From contig JAFYPQ010000048.1 in assembly GCA_017559955.1 (NCBI GenBank), forward strand, positions 6,450 to 70,449: a DNA stretch of 64,000 nucleotides. Reading direction: 5' to 3'. Positions 36,635-45,947 of the stretch are shown here, one piece after another; positions within the stretch are counted from its first letter, which is position 1, and each line of letters starts with the position of its first letter. This DNA comes from Bacteroidales bacterium (lineage in GTDB: Bacteria > Bacteroidota > Bacteroidia > Bacteroidales > G3-4614). Position numbers and translations under genes: made by a program. The notes under the pieces were generated by a model. The model worked only from the letters and a program-made list of their open reading frames with translations, made no database searches and had not been told where the DNA came from.

Positions 36635-39063
36635 CCCTTCTTTTTATTTTTAATGGCATTTACTACTATTACTGCTCCTGCAAACAGGATAATTGCAATT
36701 GAGATAAATGCTATAATGGTATTAACCTTTAATGATGTAGGCTCGAAACGGAATTCTATTTCGTGCTCTCCTGCGGGAATATTCACTCCTCTAAGAACAT
36801 AATTGACTCTTGCCATCTCAGCTGGTTCTCCATCAATGGTTATTTGCCAACCCCACGGAAAGTATATTTCAGAAAATACAGCCAAACCTCCGTTCTTTGA
36901 AACAGATTTATAATTAAGTTTGTTCGGCTGATAGCTTGTGAGATAAATCACATCCTCCTCCGACACTTCATATATTTGATCCGACACTATATCTGCAAAG
37001 TGCTTATCTACAACTGCTGTTTCCTTCTCATTAAAATCGTTCAAGGCCTCCATTTCGGCTTTCGCCCCATCGACCCACTTCACCTCACTAACAAACCACG
37101 CATTACCCGAAGCTTCGGGGTTATACATCGCCACAGGTACTCCATCTTCGCCCTGTGTTATAAAGTATTTTGTATTCAGCATATTTATAACCGACATATT
37201 GCCTTGACTCAACTGATATTTTATAAGGTCATCATATCGACGAAGTTTTGCAGCACTATATCCGCCCACCGATTTATGATAGTATGATGTTGTGGGATCA
37301 TTATAAGTATCTACGGTTAAATTCAACACTCTGAAATTTGGATCGTCATCTTGAAGAATAGCCATATCCGCCTCTGTCTTTGGGAATGGATTTTTAACCC
37401 TTCGCTCAGAAACAAAGTTTTTACTACTTAAATAGCGTTTGTTTACAGGATACATATCAAATATTACCAACATTGATAATATTGCAACTGATATACCAAG
37501 AACAACTCTTTTATTGTTATTTTTTATCATTAATAGCAGTACCGGTACCGATAAAGCTATAAACAAGAAGCTTCTCCAAACATCTGATACAAATATTGAT
37601 TTTCGAACATCTATCAACTCATCAATATATATTTTATACTCGGGATACTTACTAAATTCTTGCACTTCGGCTTTTGACAAGAAGTTGAAGAACACAGACG
37701 GCATTATCATAAATGCCAATAGTATTACCATTATTATTCCTAATGGTACGAAAAATTTTACAGAAAAGTTTTTTATATCTTTTCCCTTTTCAAGCAACTC
37801 TTTTAGTGCCAATATTGCCAAGAGCGGTATAGCAAACTCCGCAACAACCAATATACTTGATACGGTACGGAACTTATCATACATTGGCATATTGTTTACA
37901 AACCACTCGGTCAAAGGCATAAAGTTATGTCCCCACGACAGAAGTAGAGATGCTATTGTTGCAACAATACATACCCATTTAATGGGACCTTTAACTATTA
38001 TGCATCCCAATAGGAATAGAAACATTACAATAGCTCCGACATATACAGGACCCGCAGTAAATGGTTGGTCGCCCCAATAGCGGTTCATCTGACCGACAAA
38101 TTGTCTCATTTGAGGGTCTGCCTCTTTCATCGCCTCTTTATCTTGTGAAATATATCCGCTTGCTCCCCCCTTTGTATCGGGTACAAGAAGTGTCCAACTC
38201 TCACCTATTCCATAACTCCATTGAGTTATATAGTCGATACTCAAACCTCCACTGCCCTCTTGACCCTTCGATTCAGAAGCGAGTTCGGATTTACCTCGCA
38301 TTGTCTCTTTTGAGTATTCATATGTATTATATATGCTTGGAAGGTTTGCCGCCACTGCAAGTATTGCAGCCGCCATAAGCGAAAGGGTTGCTTTCCCAAA
38401 TACTTTCAACTCTTTTTTAGCTACAGAGTTAACAGCATAACCTATAACCAATGGAATTATAAACAAGAATGAGTAGTAACTCATCTGTATATGGTTGGCA
38501 TGTATTTGCAACATTCCGAAGAATGCTGCGAGTAATGCTCCTTTTATATACTTTCCTTGATATGCCAATATAATTCCCGCTATTGTTGGAGGAATGTAAG
38601 CAAGGGTTATGAATTTCCATATATGACCTGCGGCTATTATTATAAAGAAGTATGACGAGAATGCATATGCCAATGAGCCTAACAGTGAGAAATACCACTT
38701 AACATTCAGTGTCATTAACAATATAAAGAAGCCTATTGCCATTATATATATGTACGATACAGGTATGGGCAGACCCAAAGAATAAATTTTCTCTATTGCT
38801 CGAATTACCTTATTGTTCTCGTACGAGGGCGATATTTGGAAATTGGGCATACCCCCAAAAAGAGAGTTGGTCCAACGAGTGGTTTCGCCGGTTTGCTCAT
38901 TAAAAGCTTTTGCCTCCTGACCTATTGCTATTCCTTGTTGCGTATCGCCCTGAAAGAGCATTTTTCCCTCAAATATATCGGGAGAAAAATAGAATACCGA
39001 TATTATGACTATTGCCGATATTGAAATAAGCCAAGGTAATAATTTCTTAAAATATTTCTCCAT
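36628..39063 (-). CDS. YfhO-family polytopic membrane protein (putative glycosyltransferase-C-like)
   Basis: 811 aa. About 13 N-terminal TM helices, a large extracytoplasmic C-terminal domain and a final TM helix. The architecture is that of the YfhO family. Confidence 0.65.
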   Translation of the reverse strand: MEKYFKKLLPWLISISAIVIISVFYFSPDIFEGKMLFQGDTQQGIAIGQEAKAFNEQTGETTRWTNSLFGGMPNFQISPSYENNKVIRAIEKIYSLGLPIPVSYIYIMAIGFFILLMTLNVKWYFSLLGSLAYAFSSYFFIIIAAGHIWKFITLAYIPPTIAGIILAYQGKYIKGALLAAFFGMLQIHANHIQMSYYSFLFIIPLVIGYAVNSVAKKELKVFGKATLSLMAAAILAVAANLPSIYNTYEYSKETMRGKSELASESKGQEGSGGLSIDYITQWSYGIGESWTLLVPDTKGGASGYISQDKEAMKEADPQMRQFVGQMNRYWGDQPFTAGPVYVGAIVMFLFLLGCIIVKGPIKWVCIVATIASLLLSWGHNFMPLTEWFVNNMPMYDKFRTVSSILVVAEFAIPLLAILALKELLEKGKDIKNFSVKFFVPLGIIMVILLAFMIMPSVFFNFLSKAEVQEFSKYPEYKIYIDELIDVRKSIFVSDVWRSFLFIALSVPVLLLMIKNNNKRVVLGISVAILSMLVIFDMYPVNKRYLSSKNFVSERRVKNPFPKTEADMAILQDDDPNFRVLNLTVDTYNDPTTSYYHKSVGGYSAAKLRRYDDLIKYQLSQGNMSVINMLNTKYFITQGEDGVPVAMYNPEASGNAWFVSEVKWVDGAKAEMEALNDFNEKETAVVDKHFADIVSDQIYEVSEEDVIYLTSYQPNKLNYKSVSKNGGLAVFSEIYFPWGWQITIDGEPAEMARVNYVLRGVNIPAGEHEIEFRFEPTSLKVNTIIAFISIAIILFAGAVIVVNAIKNKKKGC

Positions 39064-39066
39064 AAG

Positions 39067-40290
39067 TTATCTATTTGTCTGTTTTATTAATCTCGAATTT
39101 ATATACTTTACAGGATACCAGGCTATCAACATACCTGTAATCAAAACAACGCCCATTATAAAAATAAGGTCGCTCCAAATTACCTTTACTGGATAGTATT
39201 CAACTATAAAGTTTGGACCCATTCTCAACAATCCTAAATGTTGTTGCAACAACGACAAGCCCAAGCCCAATACCAATCCTATAGTTGCTCCTATCAGTGT
39301 AATTAAGACTCCCTGATTATAAAATATCTTTATGATAAGCGAGTTGCTTGCTCCTATATTATAGAATGTTTTTATATTGGCACTTTTGTCAATTATCAGC
39401 ATTGATACAGAAGCAATTATATTGAATGCCGATATTATTAAGACAAAAACCAACATAAAGAATGTTATCCATTTTTCGATAGCCATCATCGAGAATGCTT
39501 CACTCTTTTGTTCCTTGCGGTTTTTTAAAATATAATCTTCTCCTAAGACTCTTTGGGCGTCGGTTTTTATGGCATCAATCCTACTTTCGTCTTTAACCTT
39601 TATCTCTAACAGAGTTGCTTCCGTTGTATAATTGAATAAATTTTTTGCCACCGAAATTGGCACATAAATAAGCCTATCGTCATACTCCGGCTGACTGATT
39701 GAAAATACTCCTGAGCAATATACTTGGTCGGTATTAAACGATGTTGAAGGATTTACCATATTCACCTTTGCCATTCGCTTAGGGGCATATAGATATATGG
39801 GTGATATAAAACGAGGAGCAACCATTAAGTGATTTGATACTCCCACTCCTATTACTGCTCGTGGAATGGTGTCGCAAAACTCTGTCGTTCCGTCAATTAA
39901 AGCTCTATCGATACTATTTACTGACGAATAGTTTGACGGAACTCCCTTTACGACAACCGGTTGTTGCTTATCCCCAAATATTGCAAGAGCATTATCCTCT
40001 ATTATGGGAGTTATGGCTTCAACCCCATCAATCGAATATAATTTTGCAACCTCGGGAGCTGAGGTTTGCAATGTTTTCCCGATTTTTGCACGTACCTCAA
40101 TTTGAGGGTCAATCTCGGAATATAGCATAGATATTATCTCCTCAAATCCATTATATACCGACAATGTACATATCATTGCCATTGTTGCAACAGCTACTCC
40201 GCATACCGATACTGCAGATACTGCATTTATGGCAGAATGAGACTTTTTTGAGAAAAGATATCTTAATGCTATTTTTAAGGATAAGAACAT
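39067..40290 (-). CDS. FtsX-like ABC permease, LolC/LolE family
   Basis: 407 aa. TM1, a large periplasmic MacB-like domain, then three C-terminal TM helices (FtsX domain). N-terminus MFLSLKIALRYLFSKKSHSAINAVS is typical of LolE. Confidence 0.8.
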   Translation of the reverse strand: MFLSLKIALRYLFSKKSHSAINAVSAVSVCGVAVATMAMICTLSVYNGFEEIISMLYSEIDPQIEVRAKIGKTLQTSAPEVAKLYSIDGVEAITPIIEDNALAIFGDKQQPVVVKGVPSNYSSVNSIDRALIDGTTEFCDTIPRAVIGVGVSNHLMVAPRFISPIYLYAPKRMAKVNMVNPSTSFNTDQVYCSGVFSISQPEYDDRLIYVPISVAKNLFNYTTEATLLEIKVKDESRIDAIKTDAQRVLGEDYILKNRKEQKSEAFSMMAIEKWITFFMLVFVLIISAFNIIASVSMLIIDKSANIKTFYNIGASNSLIIKIFYNQGVLITLIGATIGLVLGLGLSLLQQHLGLLRMGPNFIVEYYPVKVIWSDLIFIMGVVLITGMLIAWYPVKYINSRLIKQTNR

Positions 40291-40294
40291 TGTT

Positions 40295-40630
40295 CTATTT
40301 GTTTAACAGCGTATCAATATTGTCGATATAATCAAGAGAGTCGTCTATAAAAAATGACAACTCGGGTACTTTACGAAGTTGAAAACGAACTCGTCCCGCC
40401 AATTCATAGCGAATACTTTTTGCACTCTCTTTGATTGCACCTAATATAGTTTCGGCTTTATCAGAGGGGAATATGCTCAAATACACTTTTGCAACGCTTA
40501 AATCGGGGCTTACCCTCACTATACTTACCGAGACCAATGTCCCCGCCATTTTTTTTGTTTCTGCTAAAAATATTTCTCCTAACTCCTTTTGTAATAATCT
40601 ATTTATCTTACTTTGTCTTGTAGTTTCCAT
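40295..40630 (-). CDS. rbfA: Ribosome-binding factor A
   Basis: 111 aa. R..KINRLLQKELGEI...VSIVRVSPDLSVAKVYLS is the RbfA KH-like pattern. Confidence 0.9.
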   Translation of the reverse strand: METTRQSKINRLLQKELGEIFLAETKKMAGTLVSVSIVRVSPDLSVAKVYLSIFPSDKAETILGAIKESAKSIRYELAGRVRFQLRKVPELSFFIDDSLDYIDNIDTLLNK

Positions 40631-40638
40631 AGTATCGT

Positions 40639-41268
40639 CTATTTTTTATAAATAATAGTTAATCCATCTCTCGATGGGACAAAAACTTTTTCTACTCGTT
40701 CGTCGGCGGCAACCATATCGTTAAACCGTCGTAAGCCTTCGGTTTGAGGGTCGTGTTCCGATTCGTCAAGAATCTTACCCGACCATAATGTATTGTCTGC
40801 CAACATAAATCCTCCTTTACGTACTTTCGGATATACCAATTCGTAATATTCACAATATTCTCGCTTGTCGGCATCTATAAAGACCATATCAAACTCCTCG
40901 TCAAGTGTTGGAATTATAGCCTTTGCATCTCCCATCAATAAATGTATCTTATCTTTGTTGGGTGATTGCACAAGATATTCGTTGATAAAATCTTCCAATT
41001 CATCGTTCTCCTCTATTGTGTATATTATTCCATCATCGGGGAGTGCCTCTGCAAAACATTGTGCCGAATATCCTGTAAAAGTTCCCAACTCCAAAACTTT
41101 TTTTGCATTTATCATTCGACAAAACATCTTTAACATTCGCCCTTGTACGTGTCCCGATAACATTCGTGAACGCACTAATTTTACATTCGTGTCCCGATTT
41201 AAACGACTGAGCAGCTCGCCCTCGGGGTCGATGTGTGCCTGTATATATAATTCCTCGTCGGTAAACAT
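40639..41268 (-). CDS. Class I SAM-dependent O-methyltransferase (family 3, caffeoyl-CoA OMT/YrrM-like)
   Basis: 209 aa. SAM motif VLELGTFTGYSAQCFAEAL, plus DMVFIDADK and the metal-binding DN.LW pattern. Confidence 0.8.
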   Translation of the reverse strand: MFTDEELYIQAHIDPEGELLSRLNRDTNVKLVRSRMLSGHVQGRMLKMFCRMINAKKVLELGTFTGYSAQCFAEALPDDGIIYTIEENDELEDFINEYLVQSPNKDKIHLLMGDAKAIIPTLDEEFDMVFIDADKREYCEYYELVYPKVRKGGFMLADNTLWSGKILDESEHDPQTEGLRRFNDMVAADERVEKVFVPSRDGLTIIYKK

Positions 41269-41276
41269 TTCTTTTT

Positions 41277-41696
41277 CTATTTTTTAACTGCCTCTATTGC
41301 CAATCGATACGAATCCAATCCAAAACCAGCTATTGTTCCTATGCATGATGCTGCAATATATGAGATACGTCGGTACTCCTCTCTTGCATTTACATTTGAT
41401 ATATGAACTTCAATTACAGGAACTTTTATAGCCCTTATTGCATCGGATATAGCAATTGAAGTATGAGTATAAGCTCCTGCATTTAAGACAATAGCATCTA
41501 CTTTGCCAAATCCCTCTTCGTGCAACTTATCTATTATATCTCCTTCGTTATTTGACTGATAATATGTAAGTTCGTCATTACAATATTTTTCTTGTAACTC
41601 GGCAAAATAGTTTTCAAAACTTTTGCTTCCGTAAATACTCTCCTCTCTCCTACCCAATAAATTTAGATTGGGTCCATTTATTATAAGTATCTTCAT
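41277..41696 (-). CDS. aroQ: Type II 3-dehydroquinate dehydratase
   Basis: 139 aa. ILIINGPNLNLLGRRE..IYG, NAGAYTHTSIA and HISN motifs. Confidence 0.95.
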   Translation of the reverse strand: MKILIINGPNLNLLGRREESIYGSKSFENYFAELQEKYCNDELTYYQSNNEGDIIDKLHEEGFGKVDAIVLNAGAYTHTSIAISDAIRAIKVPVIEVHISNVNAREEYRRISYIAASCIGTIAGFGLDSYRLAIEAVKK

Positions 41697-41710
41697 AACA
41701 GATTTTTTGT

Positions 41711-41718
41711 TAATTTTG
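41711..41718 (+). promoter_or_regulatory. Putative -7 box for xerD
   Basis: taattttg lies 134 nt upstream of the xerD ATG. The distance is long, so confidence is low. Confidence 0.25.
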
Positions 41719-41761
41719 CATCACGATATTATGCTTTATAATTAAGCACAATACGCAAAGA

Positions 41762-41769
41762 CAAAAGTA
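41762..41769 (-). promoter_or_regulatory. Putative -7 box for the aroQ...znuC operon
   Basis: Plus-strand caaaagta is tacttttg on the minus strand, 66 nt upstream of the aroQ ATG. Confidence 0.35.
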
Positions 41770-41851
41770 ATAAATTTTATTTTATTGTAGAGCGTTTTGA
41801 ATTTTTTATTCGGGCGACAACAGCAAAGAGGTAAAAAATCGCTACAATTCT

Positions 41852-42763
41852 ATGGCTGAGAGCAACAAAAAGAGAGATATTATAAAAGATTATGTTGTTT
41901 ATTTAAAGTTAGAAAAAGCCCTTTCTGAAAACAGCATTGAGGCCTATCTAAACGACTTAAATAAATTCATAAGCTTCCTTAACTGCGAGGTTTATAGTGT
42001 TGACACTTTTGAGAATGCCGATATAATTCAATTCCTATCCGCACTCCACGATATGGGTATATGTCCAAGATCTCAAGCTCGAATTTTATCAGGAATAAAA
42101 TCGTTTTACAAATTTTTACTGATAGATGGATATATAAAAACCGACCCTCTCGCAAATATCGAATCTCCCAAATTGGGCAAACACCTGCCCGAAGTTTTAA
42201 CTATCGAAGAGATAAACAAGCTAACGGACAGTTTTGATTTATCTCAACCAGAAGGGCATAGAAACAAAACAATAATAGAGGTTATGTATGGGTGCGGACT
42301 TCGTGTTTCGGAACTTGTCAATTTAAAAATCTCAAACATATTTCCGAACGATGGTTATATCTTAATAGAAGGCAAAGGCAAAAAGCAAAGAATTGTTCCA
42401 ATTGCCGATAGTGCCATAAAAGAGATTAAACTATATTTGGAGAGTCGCAAACTATTGAACATCAAAAAAGGTTGTGAAGATTTTCTTTTCCTAAACCGAC
42501 GAGGCGGACAACTATCAAGAGTAATGATTTTTTACATTATAAAAAACCAATGCGAAGTTTGCAACATTAACAAAAACATCAGTCCTCACACTTTGCGGCA
42601 CACCTTTGCCACACACCTATTGGAGGGTGGAGCCAATTTAAGAGCCATCCAACAGATGTTGGGACACGAAAGTATTGCAACTACCGAAATTTATGTACAC
42701 CTCGATAGAGAATTCTTACGACAAGAAATTCTAATTCATCACCCAAGGAACAATAGCAATTAA
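41852..42763 (+). CDS. xerD: Site-specific tyrosine recombinase XerD
   Basis: 303 aa. N-terminal SAM-like core-binding domain and catalytic R...HTLRHTFATHLLEGGANLRAIQQMLGHESIATTEIYVH. Confidence 0.9.
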   Translation: MAESNKKRDIIKDYVVYLKLEKALSENSIEAYLNDLNKFISFLNCEVYSVDTFENADIIQFLSALHDMGICPRSQARILSGIKSFYKFLLIDGYIKTDPLANIESPKLGKHLPEVLTIEEINKLTDSFDLSQPEGHRNKTIIEVMYGCGLRVSELVNLKISNIFPNDGYILIEGKGKKQRIVPIADSAIKEIKLYLESRKLLNIKKGCEDFLFLNRRGGQLSRVMIFYIIKNQCEVCNINKNISPHTLRHTFATHLLEGGANLRAIQQMLGHESIATTEIYVHLDREFLRQEILIHHPRNNSN

Positions 42764-42880
42764 GCTTCTGTTTTAATATATAAGTGGCAAAAAGAGCCAT
42801 TTTATCTCTAAATATTACTGGAATAATGTTATCAAATCAAAAAAATGATTACAATTTTATGTAAATTGACAAAAAGGCAG

Positions 42881-42888
42881 TATATTTG
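42881..42888 (+). promoter_or_regulatory. Putative -7 box for the 561-aa lipoprotein gene
   Basis: tatatttg lies 120 nt upstream of the ATG at 43008. Confidence 0.3.
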
Positions 42889-43007
42889 TAACATTATTCG
42901 GATACTATGTAAAAAGAGCTGATAAAGTTTGGCACATTTTTTTTATTCGTATTTTGAAATTAAGAGATCACAATAATAATTTTATCAACACAAAAGAAAA
43001 ATTAACT

Positions 43008-44693
43008 ATGAACAAAAAACTTTATTTACCTTTATTACTTGCCTTATTGGTAGTAATTACTGGATGTAAAATGGGTTCGATGACTTCTGAGGATTTCTCA
43101 GTAACACCAAGCCCACTTGAAGTTGTTGCTGGGAAAGTTGACGCTACCATCACAGGTGTTTTCCCCGAAAAATACTTCAAAAAAAGAGTTACTGTAACTG
43201 TTACTCCTTACTTAGTATATGCTGATGGAGAAACTGCAGGTACTCCATTTGTTTACCAAGGAGAGAAAATAGTTGGTAACGACGAAGAGATTCAATACAA
43301 AATGGGTGGTACTATCACTATGCCCGTCTCTTTCGACTACGTTCCTGCTATGAAAAAATCTGAGTTGTGGTTAGGTTTTGTAGTAACCAACAAAAGAGGA
43401 ACTAAAACTTACGAACTTGAAAGAGTTAAAGTTGCTGATGGTATTATAGCTACTGCAGAACTTGCAGACGTTAACAAGGTAAAACCCGCTATCGGTGCTG
43501 ACGCATTCCAACGCATCATCAACGAAACTTACAACGCAGACATTATGTTCCTTATCCAACAAGCTAACATCCGCTCAAAACAACTTAAGAGCGAAGAGAT
43601 GAACGCTTTGAACGCTAAAGTGAACGAGACTAAATCTGACGACAGAAAAGAGTTGAAAGGTATTGAAATTTCTTCTTACGCTTCTCCTGACGGTGGTTAC
43701 GATCTTAACTACAAACTTGCTGAGAAACGTGAAGACAACACAATGAAAGCTCTTAACAAACAACTTAAAAAAGATACTATCTCAACTGAGGTTACAGGTA
43801 AATTTACTGCTCAAGATTGGGATGGTTTCAAAACTTTAGTTGAGAAATCAAGCATCCAAGACAAAGAACTTATCCTTCGTGTTCTTTCAATGTACAACGA
43901 TCCCGCTCAACGTGAGAAAGAGATCAAAAACATGTCAAGCACATTCAAAGTTCTTGCTGATGAAATTCTTCCCCAACTTCGTTATTCAAGAATTACTGCA
44001 AGTATCGACTTAATTGGTAAATCAGACGAAGAGATTATGGCTCTTGTAGCTACAGATCCTAAAGAACTTTCAGTTGAGGAACTTCTTTACGCAGGAACAT
44101 TAACTACTGACAAAGAGCAACAACTTTATATCTACACTAAAGCCGCAGAGTACTTCCCCAACGACTACCGTGGATTTAACAACGCAGGTATGGTTTGCTT
44201 CGAAATGGGTAAATTCTCTGACGCTAACGCTTGGTTTGAGAAAGCAGCCAACGTATCAGCTGACGCTGCTCAAGTTCAAATGAACAAAGGTCTTATCGCT
44301 CTTAAAGAGGGAGACCAAGAGAAAGCTGCTCAGTACTTCGGAAACGCTGCTACTTTGGAGGAGACTAAAGAGGCTACAGGTGTTCTTTACTTAGAGCAAG
44401 GTGAATACCAAAAAGCTGTTAAAGCATTTGGCGACAACAAAACAAACAACGCTGCTTTAGCTCAAATCATGGTTAAAGATTACGCAAAAGCAAAAAGCAC
44501 TCTTGATGCAGTTGCTAATCCAGACGCTATGACTTACTACCTAAAAGCTGTTATTGGTGCTCGCACTAACAACGAGACTGAGTTGGCAAGCAACCTTCGT
44601 CAAGCAGTTAACATCTGCGAGAAATTGAAAGTTGAGGCTGCTAACGATATCGAGTTCGCTAACTACGACATCACAGGTATCATCGCTGAATAA
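43008..44693 (+). CDS. Lipoprotein with an OmpA-like segment and C-terminal TPR repeats; probably abundant
   Basis: 561 aa from the ATG at 43008 (MNKKLYLPLLLALLVVITGC|KMG lipobox). The ORF track's TTG at 42954 adds 18 non-signal residues. Contains SSYASPDGGYDLNYKLAEKRED (OmpA_C-like) and TPR-like AEYFPNDYRGFNNAGMVCFEMGKFSDA. Codon usage by eye resembles pnp and other highly expressed genes. Confidence 0.55.
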   Translation: MNKKLYLPLLLALLVVITGCKMGSMTSEDFSVTPSPLEVVAGKVDATITGVFPEKYFKKRVTVTVTPYLVYADGETAGTPFVYQGEKIVGNDEEIQYKMGGTITMPVSFDYVPAMKKSELWLGFVVTNKRGTKTYELERVKVADGIIATAELADVNKVKPAIGADAFQRIINETYNADIMFLIQQANIRSKQLKSEEMNALNAKVNETKSDDRKELKGIEISSYASPDGGYDLNYKLAEKREDNTMKALNKQLKKDTISTEVTGKFTAQDWDGFKTLVEKSSIQDKELILRVLSMYNDPAQREKEIKNMSSTFKVLADEILPQLRYSRITASIDLIGKSDEEIMALVATDPKELSVEELLYAGTLTTDKEQQLYIYTKAAEYFPNDYRGFNNAGMVCFEMGKFSDANAWFEKAANVSADAAQVQMNKGLIALKEGDQEKAAQYFGNAATLEETKEATGVLYLEQGEYQKAVKAFGDNKTNNAALAQIMVKDYAKAKSTLDAVANPDAMTYYLKAVIGARTNNETELASNLRQAVNICEKLKVEAANDIEFANYDITGIIAE

Positions 44694-44704
44694 TTTTAGA
44701 GATA

Positions 44705-44737
44705 CATATTTCTCAATAAGGCTGTCATTTGGCAGCC
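44705..44737 (+). terminator. Rho-independent terminator after the lipoprotein gene
   Basis: Stem aataaggctgtc / ggcagccttatt (one G-U pair) with loop attt, followed by a T-rich tail. Confidence 0.75.
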
Positions 44738-44821
44738 TTATTTTATTTAAAAGATTTAAAACTTTTTCTTTGTACTTTCGGTTATAATAACTAACTTGCA
44801 AGAGTTTTAAAATTTTACGTA

Positions 44822-45898
44822 ATGGAAAAACTTAACAGCATTATTGACAACTTTGCCTTAGAAGGAAAAGTTGCAGAGGTAAAACCTCTCGGAAACGGGC
44901 TTATTAATACCACATACGCCATTATTACAGAGGGCGATAATGATAATTATGTTTTGCAATGTATTAACCACAACATATTTAAAGATGTTGAACTATTACA
45001 AAACAATATCGAAGCCATAACCAATCAAATTGAAAAAAAACTTACAGAAAAGGGAGAGAGCGACATCAAACGCAAAACTCTTCGCACAGTAAAAACAAAA
45101 GACAATAAACTATACTATTTTGATGGAGAGAAATATTGGCGTGTTACAATTCTCATCCCCGATGCTGTTACATTTGAAAGCGTAACACCCGATTTGGCAT
45201 ACCAAACAGGGTTGGCTTTTGGAGATTTTCAATATATGCTATCTGAGCTTCCCGAACCCCTCGGAGAAACAATTCCGGATTTCCACAACATGGAGTTTAG
45301 ATTAGAGCAATTAGACGAAGCAATTGAAAACGACAAAGCAGGCAGAGTTGATTCGATGATGGAGATTATTGAAGAGATCGACGACCGAAGAGATGAAATG
45401 TGCAAGGTTCAACAACTATTCCGTGAGGGCAAATTTCCCAAACGTATCACTCACTGTGATACAAAGGTAAACAATATCCTTTTTGATAAGAACGGTAAAA
45501 TTTTGTGTGTTATCGATCTTGATACTACAATGCCAGGGTTTGTGCTTTCTGACTTTGGAGACTTTATGAGAACCGCAGGCAACAAAGGGAAAGAGGATGA
45601 CACCGATTTAAGTGCAGTCGGAATTGATATGGAGATTTTTAAATCTTTTGCAAAAGGTTACATTGAGAGTGCAGGAAAATTCTTAACTCAAATTGAAAAG
45701 GAGATGCTTCCGTACGGAGCCAAATTGCTTACATATATGCAAACCGTACGTTTCTTAACAGACTACCTCAATGGAGATACATACTACAAAATTCAATATC
45801 CCGAACACAACAAGCAACGAACTCTTGCTCAATTCAAGCATTTAAGGAGTATTGAAGAGCACGAAGAGGAGATGAATAAATTTATTGCTTCATTGTAA
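44822..45898 (+). CDS. APH-family anomeric sugar kinase, N-acetylhexosamine 1-kinase (NahK)-like
   Basis: 358 aa. It is collinear with my recollection of Bifidobacterium NahK: FALEG...G.G.INTTY, FGDFQ, ITHCDTKVNNILFD (catalytic loop), IDLDTTMPG and RFLTDYLNGDTYYKIQYPEHN. Confidence 0.65.
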   Translation: MEKLNSIIDNFALEGKVAEVKPLGNGLINTTYAIITEGDNDNYVLQCINHNIFKDVELLQNNIEAITNQIEKKLTEKGESDIKRKTLRTVKTKDNKLYYFDGEKYWRVTILIPDAVTFESVTPDLAYQTGLAFGDFQYMLSELPEPLGETIPDFHNMEFRLEQLDEAIENDKAGRVDSMMEIIEEIDDRRDEMCKVQQLFREGKFPKRITHCDTKVNNILFDKNGKILCVIDLDTTMPGFVLSDFGDFMRTAGNKGKEDDTDLSAVGIDMEIFKSFAKGYIESAGKFLTQIEKEMLPYGAKLLTYMQTVRFLTDYLNGDTYYKIQYPEHNKQRTLAQFKHLRSIEEHEEEMNKFIASL

Positions 45899-45911
45899 AA
45901 TATTAGCACAT

Positions 45912-45947
45912 AAAAAATGAACGAGAAAATTCTCGTTCATTTTTTTT
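45912..45947. terminator. Bidirectional rho-independent terminator between the kinase gene and dnaX
   Basis: Perfect 10-bp stem atgaacgaga / tctcgttcat with loop aaat, flanked by A5 and T7. The T-run overlaps the dnaX stop codon by 2 nt. Confidence 0.8.

Noticed and set aside
41852-42763. A tyrosine recombinase as a possible marker of an integrated mobile element
   Set aside because: The sequence is XerD-like. It sits divergent from aroQ, an arrangement I recall as conserved in Bacteroidota. No att-like repeats, tRNA target, transposase, conjugation or cargo genes flank it.
42954-43007. Upstream TTG start given in the ORF track for the lipoprotein gene. The non-ATG starts at 33487 (thioesterase) and 60105 (second Stealth gene) are analogous.
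   Set aside because: The extensions add residues ahead of an obvious signal peptide or conserved N-terminal motif. The in-frame ATGs at 43008, 33511 and 60132 give canonical N-termini.
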